From the NCBI GenBank assembly GCA_023334545.1, contig JAADVB010000198.1, forward strand, positions 1 through 36,417: a stretch of DNA of 36,417 nt. The letters are read 5' to 3'. This document shows, one piece after another, positions 19,335 through 29,396 of this stretch (position 1 is the first letter of the stretch; each line of letters begins with the position of its first letter). Made by a program: the position numbers and the translations under genes. This DNA comes from Salisapilia sapeloensis CBS 127946 (lineage: Eukaryota; Protista; Oomycota). The notes below the pieces were generated by a model, which was given only the letters and a program-made list of their open reading frames with translations, had not been told where the DNA came from and did no database searches.

Positions 19335-20567
19335 TTAAAGATTATTTTTCCACTTCATTAGTGCCAATTCACCCTGATCCTTCGCAATCAGATAGTTATT
19401 TAAGCTTTCACGAAACTCCACGATGCTGACGTATCCTTCCGGCGTGTACGTTGTAAGCTTTGATGCATGTCCCCACACCTGCAGAAATACTTCATCTGGC
19501 AATTCGTATCCAATGTTAGCGAACAGTTCTTTCATTTCTGTTTGATCTCTCGGTACTGCAAATTCCAGATCACTTACACCGCTAGCAGCAAATTCTTCGG
19601 GATTAAGCAAATTCTGACTACTGACATCATCTCCATAATTCTGTGAGTCAGCTATAGACCGGCGAGTAGGCTTAGCGATGTCAGAGCGGACGGTAGGTAA
19701 TCCAAATGCTCTTGTCTCCTTCGTATTGTTACCCCATCCAAAGTTTGCGGCACGGCCAAGATCCCGATCTGGTTGCTGCTCTTCATACGAGTATGAACCA
19801 GTGATACACATTGACGCACTCTCATTTTCATTCTTTTCCGGGAATTTTCCAAAGACTTGGTTTGAAGCGACTTCACCATGATTAGCACCAAGCCGTTTTG
19901 GTCGACCCAGTACATCAAATTGATTCTTCATGTGCTCCATACGCTGCGTTCCAACGGATCTTCCTTTAGCAGTGATATCCTCAGACTGAAGACAACCAGC
20001 GACGCCAAGTCCATTTCCCATGCGAGTTTTACTTTGGATACCGAAGCGATGTGATGCAGGTTCTACTGTCCAAGCATACTCTCTGTTCTTTTGCTCTCCT
20101 GGCCCTACAGAACCATGGGATCGTTTATACAATTCTTCATCACGCGTATTGTTTAGTGACTTAGAAGGGTACAACAACTCTTTGGCGGATTGGCCGAACG
20201 TGCCACGGATACCAAAGACGTATGCTGGATCCTTCATTTTGGAAGGTAGTTGACTGTCGTTGTAATTAAGACCACTTTTCGCGAGGGGTTCACGCTTGTG
20301 GCTTGCATAATTAGCCTCGGTCTTGTAAGCAAGAATCTCCTGAAAGTCTGTTTGAGGTCCGAATGGGAGTACGTCAGGTACATGATCACTGCCTATTGTG
20401 ACAACTCCATGCTTGGAATATCGATCTTGTTTTTGAATGTCATAAATGAGACCCGGATGAACGACGTGGGCTCCAGGTTCTGCAAAGTAGGACTTTCGAT
20501 AGCGACGAACTTGCTCCGGCGTATTGGGTCGTTCTTCTATACTTAGACAATTGACTGTACTCTCCAT
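19335..20567 (-). CDS. EFHB: EFHB-like (CFAP21) flagellar microtubule inner protein, 410 aa
   Basis: TPEQVRRYRKS..EPG...HPG; YASHKREPL; YKRSHG...PGEQKNREYAW; FGLPTVRSDI.KP.RRSIADSQNYGDD...LLNP..F...GV...F; degenerate C-terminal EF-hand-like GYVSIVEF. Confidence 0.82.
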   Translation of the reverse strand: MESTVNCLSIEERPNTPEQVRRYRKSYFAEPGAHVVHPGLIYDIQKQDRYSKHGVVTIGSDHVPDVLPFGPQTDFQEILAYKTEANYASHKREPLAKSGLNYNDSQLPSKMKDPAYVFGIRGTFGQSAKELLYPSKSLNNTRDEELYKRSHGSVGPGEQKNREYAWTVEPASHRFGIQSKTRMGNGLGVAGCLQSEDITAKGRSVGTQRMEHMKNQFDVLGRPKRLGANHGEVASNQVFGKFPEKNENESASMCITGSYSYEEQQPDRDLGRAANFGWGNNTKETRAFGLPTVRSDIAKPTRRSIADSQNYGDDVSSQNLLNPEEFAASGVSDLEFAVPRDQTEMKELFANIGYELPDEVFLQVWGHASKLTTYTPEGYVSIVEFRESLNNYLIAKDQGELALMKWKNNL

Positions 20568-20931
20568 CGCATCCTTGCCATCGACTTTGCCTGCAGCCTA
20601 TGATAGCAAAAAGTTATTATCATCCGATCGCTTTCCTTATAAATATATTATTGAGTAGATACCCGTGGCGGAGGATTATGACTCAGCATGCTAAAGGAAT
20701 GGACCGCTACGTCAGTCTATATCTAGTTCCTCCAGAAAAAATGGCACTGGCAAGATTTAGAAAGTTAGCCTTTCATGTTGAATCGAGCCTTTGGTTCTCA
20801 TACCATAATTCTATTCTTGGAAAGTCTTTTTTAAAACGGTCGGTATATGCTTATTTATATCTTCTGAACATGCTAGGAAAGATTTTATGAAGCCATGAAC
20901 AGCAGACGCTGTAGACTCGTGAAGAGGCACA

Positions 20932-23900
20932 ATGAAGAAACAAGAGCGAAATAATGGAGAGCAAGGGGATTCCACGGTATCTCGACATCGAAGCAGTAGT
21001 AGTATTGCCGAATTGAGAAGAATTGCTAAACAATTGAGTAGCACAAGGTATGATGATGATAATCGCTCCCCACCATCATGCCCATCTGCTTCACCATCCG
21101 AAGATCGTGGTCTAAGCAATTTTAGCAGCCAACAGCATCTATCTGGCATGGAAGTGTATGATGGAAGTGTTGAGAACGAGGACAGCTTCCAAGCTCTATC
21201 ATACGAGTCACCAATTCGAATGCATGAAAACATTACACCACTGCCTTCCAATTCCGCTAGCGAAAGCTATTCGAGTGACTTATCTTTGCCAAGATCCTTT
21301 GGTGAATATGCGACTACATGCCGCAATACAAATCGAAATACTGGTAACCTAGGCACTGCGTCTCGTTTCGATGACCAATTGGGATCGACAGAACACCTAT
21401 CTTCCCGACAGGATCTATTGCGAAAGTTTTATGAAGCACAGGTCCAAAAGATACGTTCTCAGCTAGTTGCGACGACGAGAGCGTTAGAGCAAGCTGAAGT
21501 TAAGTTAAAAGCAGATACAGAGCAGTGGAAGGACCAGACGGAAGTCTACAAGGTATATTGATTCCTGTCAGACATGATAGTCTGTCTAGACAACAAATGC
21601 ACTTGTAGAATGAGATGAAAGCGATAAAGATGGCAGCGAATGAACGCGAGCAACAATTGAAAAAGAAACTTAAAGAGTTAGAAGACCGATTGACTATGGA
21701 GAAGAGGCACCTTTCTCAAGTCGAGATTTCGGACAAACTTGCGACACAGGTGTCTTCATCAGTTACTTTATAATTTAATCTAACTCACCGACATTGTGTT
21801 TAGCTTGCAGCTCAAGATGAAAGAGAACTATCTGTGAAAGAACATGTCCAGTTATTTGTCCATCAAAAGCTTTCAGAGATGAGTGCTCGAGTCCAAGCGA
21901 GCGAATCGAAACTTTCCGACGCTAGCGCTCGTGCGAAGGAGCACCAAGCCGATGCCGAGACATACAAATCGCAACTGAATGAACTAAGTCATGCAACTCA
22001 ATTGAAGGAACAGGACCTTCAACGACAACTCGAAATATCGGAAGCCACTCGTGTGGAGGCAGAGAAGCAAATTGAATCACTTTCGGAACAGTTGACACAA
22101 TACCGCGAAGATCAGCAGCGACGTACATCGAGTGGGGAAACAGTTGCCCAGATTCAAGCTCAGAATGAAGACTACAAGGCCCAAGTAAAGAAACTGGGTA
22201 ACATCGAAGCAGATTACAAGGAGAGTCAGCATCGATGCGAAGACTTGGAAAGACAAGTCGCTTTATTAACAAACGATAAGGAGTATTTGCTTGCATCCAA
22301 AAGTGATATGGAAGCACAGGAAGCCAAGTTATGGACCAAACAACAGGATTTGTATAATCAGTTGGAAGCAATGCATCTAAAGCGAGAGGAACAGGCAAAG
22401 CTAAGCCAGGATGAACGCAAGGAAGTAAAAATGGATTTTGAGCGTAAATGTGAAGATGAAATGACCAAGTGGATGGAAATTGCAAAGAAAGAGTTGGATC
22501 ATGTCCGTGAAAATGGCCGAATCGTTTTCGAACGAGAAAATCAGCTACTGAAGCAAGCACGTGATGATGCTATCAACCACGCAGATCTTTTGGACAGTAA
22601 ACTTCAAAGAATACAATCCGTTCTGGATGCAAAGGTACTCAAGTAAAAGTAAAATATCCATTTCGTGGCTAATGATCATTATAGACACTCGAGATGGCAA
22701 AGATGGAAAGTGATCATGCTACGAGCATAGCAGGTGTCCGGAATGACCTCAAGATAAAACATTTCGAGGTACCTTTGACTTGATCACAGAACGAGTGGTA
22801 TTGCAATACAACTGAAATACATGATAGCTGAGTCAATTGAAAATCACATTGGAAGAAAAATCGAAAGATTTACAATACGCAAAGTCAGAGCTAGATGTTC
22901 ACCAACAAAAGGTCCGCATCCCTATTATTTTTGAGCTTGGGAGGAACGTGATAAAGTTAATTCTTACCACGTAGATCCAAGTCACTCAAGAGGAATTTAG
23001 TCGACTCGAATCAACCTCTACATCGCGCATAGTACAGCTAGAAGCAGAACTGGAAGCAGCCGTAACTTCTTTTATTCATTTGCCCTTGGTAAAGCAGCAT
23101 ATCACCTTTTCCATATAGAAACAACAACTTCGAGAGTATGAGAAGCTTGAAGTGGATCTGGATGATGCCATTATACATACAGGCGAAGCGACATACCAAA
23201 ACAACGGTGAGAAGGATGTCTTAAACGAAGCTATGGACACGCTCCGCGCCGTTCCAGCTCGACCACAACGACGTGTAAGACCTATCATCAAGGACTTTAA
23301 ATACCTGTAGCTCACCCGTCTATCCTAGTTCCAACAAAGCGTAGCGTTAGCACAGCGACTGGTTAAATCTCAACGTAATATCATGATGAAGCAGCAAGAA
23401 GTGGACCAACTAAAGGTAGAGAAAGCGGAAATGCAAAACCGGTGTCAAGATCTTCAAGATCGAATGCGCCATCTTGCTCAGCCACAGTCCTACCTTGTAC
23501 GTCCAACTAGAATGCACTATCAATCAGCATATATTAATCTTCGTACAGATCGAGAAGCTGCAGAAGATGGAAAAGGGGGTTGCTGACGTTCAAAAGCAAA
23601 TGCAGCAAAAGGAAAAGTTGGTCGAAACCTTAAGGGCAGAGTGTCGACGAGAGAGTGAAGTGAAGCGACAGCTTCAAGCACAGCTTCAACAACTATTAAC
23701 TAGAAGGCACGATCTGGACGGCCTCAAGTCAAACATAAAGTATCTTCAGCAGCAAATCGAAGCTAGAGTGCACAACCGTGCACATGAACGAGTAGTGGAT
23801 ACAACAACGAACACGATGTTTGGATCATCGAAATTAGCATCACCACCTCCAGCCGACATTGCTGCTAAAATGACTCAATATCCTACACCTAATAAGTCCC

Positions 23901-24010
23901 AGTTTGAGTACCACTCGCCAATGAAAGCTCCAGCAGCTATGGAAACCTCAGGACATGCTCCAACAACTGCTCAAGCTCCACGCTGGTTTCAAAGACTCTC
24001 ATTGGCCTAA
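20932..24010 (+). CDS. PIBF1: PIBF1/CEP90-like centriolar coiled-coil protein, about 877 aa, 9 exons
   Basis: Exons 20932-21552, 21609-21749, 21804-22634, 22685-22768, 22828-22911, 22975-23061, 23119-23274, 23329-23496, 23549-24010 (2634 nt, in frame; introns 50-63 bp). PIBF1-like segments: RENQLLKQARD, RNDLKIKHFE, YEKLEVDLDDAI, VPARPQRRFQQSVALAQRL, QPQSYLIE, and terminal PRWFQRL. Confidence 0.85.
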
Positions 24011-24092
24011 ATGTACGAGTCAACTGCTACAGATTTCTTTTGTTTTCTTTTCTTTTTGACACAACATTTTCGACACTATTCATCACATTTAA

Positions 24093-25209
24093 ATGTATCG
24101 TGGTATCGGACGCTTTCAGGCGCCAATAAGGCGATTCTGTAGACCCTCCGCTGACAAAATTTGGTGGAGCAATGCGCATACACGCAATGAGCTTGCACAC
24201 GGCTTCGTTTGGTCTGGGATGAAGCCAAAGCCTGGAAATGAGACGATTACCAGACACTTGAGCTCCAAAACCACTTTTGAATCGGGAGATGTTGCGCATG
24301 AATATTTAAAGCAAGACTTTCGACGCTGGCTCAAACGTGAGTTTGGTGTCTTGGCTTCCATTCTGGCAATTGGCTCTATTGGTGTCTACTACTTCCAAGT
24401 ACTCTTCTTCTTAAATACACTTGATTTCTTTTGAAATCCTCATCCATGAATAGTACCGGGAGAATGCACCAGTGAATCGTGTTCGAAGAGCAATTGAAAT
24501 GGCCAAGAGAAGTGCACGACAAGTAACGTGTATACCAGTCAATTTATTCTTGCTTTTATCCATCCATTTTATCAATAGAACAACCCGCAGCAAGCTCTCA
24601 AGCACACTTTGAACGCCTACAGCGTCGCGAAAAACACAAACAGCCGAGGTCATTTATCTCTACTTCCTACACTTATTCCAACATACTAAACATACATCAG
24701 ATCGCCACTTGTTCGAGTTTGCATTCACCATCGCAGCTCTGTACACGACCCTTCAGAACCTCCCTCAGGCCGTCAAGTACTACCAAGAAGCTCTCCAAAG
24801 CATCTCCTACCTCCGCTCCGAAGACGAAAAGCACCTCGCTCGACTCGTTACATTAGACCGTCTAGCCCAGTGCTACGAAGACACGTACACAACTCGTCCA
24901 AATACCCTAAACGCCCTCTAACAACACTATAGAAACCAACTACGAGCAGCTGAAAAGTACTTTCGCCAGGCACTCACCATCGTCGAAAAAGCTAAAGAGA
25001 ACAAGCTTCAAGCTCCTGACGTCTTGCAAGAAGCACCTGGTGTCTTATACAACTACGGCCACTTCCTCCTATCTCAGAATCGAATCGAAAACGCTCGACT
25101 AGTCCTACAAAAGGCAAAGCAAATCGGCAAGGAACAAGGTATCGGACAGGAAGAAATGGACTTGATCGCGTCCAAATTATCCGAAACGAATCCGAAAAAA
25201 GAAGAATAA
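24093..25209 (+). CDS. Mitochondrial presequence + single TM + TPR-repeat protein (TTC19/Mgr3-like architecture), about 301 aa, 5 exons
   Basis: Exons 24093-24398, 24454-24522, 24579-24648, 24701-24884, 24933-25209 (906 nt, in frame). Arg-rich, acid-poor N-terminus; TM FGVLASILAIGSIGVYYF; TPR-like helices (IAALY..LQNLPQAVKYYQEAL, LDRLAQCYE..NQLRAAEKYFRQAL, VLYNYGHFLLSQNRIENA). Confidence 0.72.
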
Positions 25210-25340
25210 CATTCGGTCGTTTGGATCTTCTTCCAATCTCCCCAAGCTCGTTCCTTCCTGCCTTGCAACGCTCTAGCCATCAAGTCTCAAGTGTCATACG
25301 ATTCGTCATTTTTCAAAGTAAAAAAGTAGCTCTTGTGATC

Positions 25341-27056
25341 TTAATCCTGCGCAATCAAGTCCTTCAACTCTTCGTTCAGCTGCATGTAGAACTTGTGGTA
25401 CTCAAAGATGTCGCCCTTGCCACGACGCACTTCCACCAGGTTCAAGTGGTCAGCTAGCGCGTAGACTTGGATGCCGACTCCAACTGCACCTCTCGGTGTC
25501 TGCAGCACCGCCTTGACCTTGCCATTCTTCTTGTCCATCGTCAACTCGCAGTTGATGCCTTCCAGGTACGACTGCAAGCGACCGAGCAGCGTTTCGGCAC
25601 TCATCCGAGACGTGAACTGCGTACTCTTCTTCACCTTCTTCTCGTCCGAAGACTGGAACATGCGGTTCAGAGCCAGTCCTCCGCACATGTTGATCAGATC
25701 GAACGCGTTCAAGTGCTTTGGTTGGATGGCGCCAGAGCCAACGTTCTCTCCCCCAGCTCCGACCGACTGATTCACGTTCGGGTTGTTCGCCGCTGTCGTG
25801 GCAGATCCGTCCATCGGTTCATCTTCATGCTGCACGATGGCGGCATCCATGTCCGCTTGGCTCGGCTTGACCTCCATTCGTTTCTGTGAACCGTCCGATC
25901 GACGAGACGCGTCAGAAGACGACGCATCGGCGTTCAGATACCAGTCGTTTTGCTGGATCTCGGCCAAGGTGATACGAGTGGATGGATCCGGCACGAGGAT
26001 GCGGTTCAAGAGCGCCTTGACACGCGGCGTGAACCATGACGGGTACGAGAACTCGGCCTTTTGGATCTTACGGAATAGCGCAGACATCGTCGGTTCATCG
26101 AACGGCAAGAAGCCAGCTAGGAGGACGTACAAGATGACACCGCAACTCCAGACGTCAGCAGCACGTCCGTCGTAGCCCTTGTCCGCAAGGACTTCCGGCG
26201 CAACGTAGTTAGGTGTACCACACGTCGTGTGCAAGAGAGAAGCACGCGAGTTCTCCGTTCCGTCTGGGTTGGTGCCACCTTCGTAAAGCGCCGAGAGACC
26301 AAAGTCCGAGATTTTGAGGTTTCCATTCTCATCCAAGAGAAGATTCTCTGTTGTTTGGCGTTAAGATTGAGCAAGGGGAGATGAATGGAGGAGATGTACG
26401 TACCAGGCTTCAGGTCACGATGGCAGACACCGCTCTGGTGACAATATTGGACACCGTCGACGAGCTGGCGGAAGTAGAATCGACCCATTTCTTCATTGAA
26501 TCTACTCGGCATCGTAATAAGTCAGTCATGACGTTCTTAAATACGCGTTCCATGGCTTTATATCCATGCAACGACTGGTAAGGAAAATGTATGCTCACCG
26601 TCCTTCCGCCACGATCTTATCGAAGAGTTCGCCTCCGGTAATCAGCTCCAAAACGATAAAGATCTTGGTCCTGGACGCCAAGACTTCTCGTAGCTCGACA
26701 ATGTGTCGATGACGCACCATTTTCATGATAGAAATCTCCTTTTTAATCTGCGCGCCCATATTCTGTTTCTGGATCTTTTCCTTGTCGAGTACCTTCATCG
26801 CCACTCGCTCTTCCGACTCGGTATTCACGGCATATTTGACTCTATCACATTTAAATCAGGATCCTTCTTCTTTCCCCACTTCATATTTATACGTACTTGC
26901 CAAAGGTACCTTCACCCAGCGTTTTACCAATCTCGTATTTCCCTGTTAATCAGAAAAAAACAAATCTTTAGATCTTGATCCACTTCCCCCTCAATCCAAC
27001 CGCCTACGAGGCAGTTGAATATAGACAAGTATCAACGTACCAACTTTCTTGACCAT
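25341..27056 (-). CDS. CIPK: CBL-interacting Ser/Thr protein kinase (CIPK/SnRK3-type, NAF domain), 469 aa, 5 exons
   Basis: Exons 27056-27041, 26942-26897, 26841-26599, 26501-26404, 26347-25341 (1410 nt). [49 protein letters not shown]; NAF motif LNAFDLI; C-terminal KA1/PPI-like region ([14 protein letters not shown]). Confidence 0.93.
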
Positions 27057-27099
27057 GTTGATGTCGTATCGAGGTGAAAGAAGACGTGGGTCGTGGAGA

Positions 27100-27115
27100 A
27101 AAAAGAGAAATGAAC
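27100..27115 (-). promoter_or_regulatory. Oomycete Inr/FPR core promoter of the CIPK gene
   Basis: The minus strand reads GTTCATTTCTCTTTTT, close to the GCTCATTYBNNNWTTY consensus, about 45-60 bp upstream of ATG 27056. Confidence 0.6.
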
Positions 27116-27586
27116 GAAGCTCGTGGTCGGAGTCTTTTTGTTCTGTTGGTTTCCGATCCAGGAAGGAAGAGGAAGCGACATACAAACATCAAGTCAAACC
27201 ACTTAAAAAATTGACTCGACGCCACCGACCTTTTAGACCAGAAGAAATGCATGTTCATAAAAATATCGTACTTGCTTTTGTATAGACTGCCACCGTCTCA
27301 TATTAGTAGGTGTAGAAAGTAGGATAGTGTGCGTCGAGAACGAACACGACTATTGGTGCAAATTATCCGATGCTTCCATAGAGGTTTATATCGATATTTT
27401 GTCAACGAGATAGAAAGAGACAATTCCTGGGTTGTCATAACACTTCCATCTGACGAGACGCGGAAGGGTAGTGACTTGAGGCTCGATCGCTACTACGACT
27501 ATCGACCATTCCATTCGTAAGGCGACACTTGCCGTCGAACTGGATTGCAAGTCGTTGCAAGAAAAAACCTTTCGTAGCACTAGTTT

Positions 27587-29039
27587 ATGACTCGCGCGAC
27601 GACACTCGATCGGCGGGCAGGCGACCTCCCTCCACACAAACGACCGCGCAGCCTCGATAAAGAGAATCTGTACTCGCATACGACCATGGGCTCTAGTACG
27701 TCCAAGCAGTCGACGCCAAAGAGGCGGGCGCTATCCCACGAACGCCCAACGTCATCGACGCCCAATACCGCTAAGACTCGTTCTTTCTCGTCGTCCTCTT
27801 CTCCTGGCGACGATACCGTCATCCCATCCCACGACATCAATACAAAGCTCATGGATGGTGCTCCGGACAATGAACTACACCAAGTACAAGTCCAGGAACG
27901 AGAGGAATTAGAAAAGCTGGAAGCCCTGGATGACGCAATCACCAAGCTCGAAGCACTCTTGGCGAGCAAAACCAGAGCTTCTCTGCATCAAGAGACGACA
28001 GATATTTCCTGGCATGAAGAGTTTGAAGGCATCACCATTATGAGACAATTGGCTGTCCATCATCAAGACAAGGCAGCGGATTACATGTACATATTATCTC
28101 TATAATAACGTACGATCCACTTGTATTTACAGCATATAGAGATGAAGCACTGCCGTTGCTAGTAGTCCCTGGCGTCGAAAACCTCCGATCAGCCATGTCT
28201 CGAAACGCATTGTTATGTCTCGAAGACTTTCTTCTCTGTCTCCCCACAGCCATCTCCAATCACAACGGTACGCGACTTTATCATACACCAACAATACTTT
28301 TATTTATCGATACGTAGACGTCATTATACCATTACTTGTCCAACGATGTGCAAGTGAAAAGCAATTTATTCGAGAATTAGCGAAAAAGGTACTTTTTTAA
28401 CTCGTTTTAAACGAATATGATCTATACTTACATGTCTCTAGGCTTTAACGACAGCCGTGACAACGACACCTACAATGGACTTGCTAAACATACTCTTATC
28501 GACTGGTGAAATGGAGAAACATGCCACAGCTATTAATGCCGTACGCTCCATCTACCTTTTCATACTTTGATGACGTCATCTCATCCGCATCGTAGGCGAG
28601 TTCCTGTATCCTAAAATGTCTTCGCAAAGTGTCTAAGTCCGACGTGCAAGCACTGTTCGACATCCCGGTCGAGGACTTGACATCTGAATCGACGACTAGG
28701 ACGTCCGATGCGATTCCTGTCCAACTCTTTCTCGAACGCATGGCGAGTATGCTACAAGGAAGAGCAGTAGAAGGCAAGCAAGCGATTCGAAATGGACTCA
28801 AGTACACCAAGACAGTCGTCGGTGCAGATGTCTTTGATGCGTACGTGAAAAAGTATTTGGCCGGGACGGCGCAGGTGGATGTGCTGCAGGCTACAAAAGC
28901 TCAGTTGCGAAGAGCTGGGCACTCGGCTTCGCTACGAGAGAGAATGAAGGAACGAATGAAGGAGCATCAGGACAGTTTAGAGCAGAAGAAAGCAGCAGGG
29001 GATGACGAAATCATCGTTATGGCACCCAAACGCAAGTAA
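27587..29039 (+). CDS. Single-TOG / CLASP_N HEAT-repeat protein (TOGARAM/CLASP-like), about 413 aa, 5 exons
   Basis: Exons 27587-28086, 28140-28267, 28318-28388, 28442-28540, 28596-29039 (1242 nt, in frame). TOG motifs SW.EEFEGITIMRQLAVHH, VENLRSAMSRNALLCLED, LLVQRCASEKQFIRELA; disordered Ser/Thr-rich N-terminus. Confidence 0.8.
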
Positions 29040-29396
29040 AGAGATATGAAGTACTTTTCTTAGTTTTGTATCGATCGTGTCTTGCGTTCTCTTCTTCCAG
29101 TCATGTTGGCTTTGACAGCAATTTATATCTGTTCAAGCAAATCTATTCTCGGCTTCTACTGCGGTTTGCTGCCAGTTTCAAGTAGTCAAAGGACGATTAA
29201 CTGATCGAAGGGTGAGAACGATAGTAGATTCGATCCACTAGCGCAAATTACAAAAGTATCTGGATACCGTCAAGAGCTGGATCAAACGGCATCCAAAAGA
29301 GCAGTACTAAGACCTCACTGATTCCAGTTAAGACCGTCGGCGAGTCAGGGTATTCAGGCAATCCTCTTTGTATAAAGGACAAGTATATGCTATCAA

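Noticed and set aside
21922-22560. 212-aa minus-strand ORF, plus the many 60-140 aa ORFs overlapping DHHC, CIPK, PKD2 and ABCA
   Set aside because: These are antisense or alternate-frame shadows of well-supported genes, with no independent signals.
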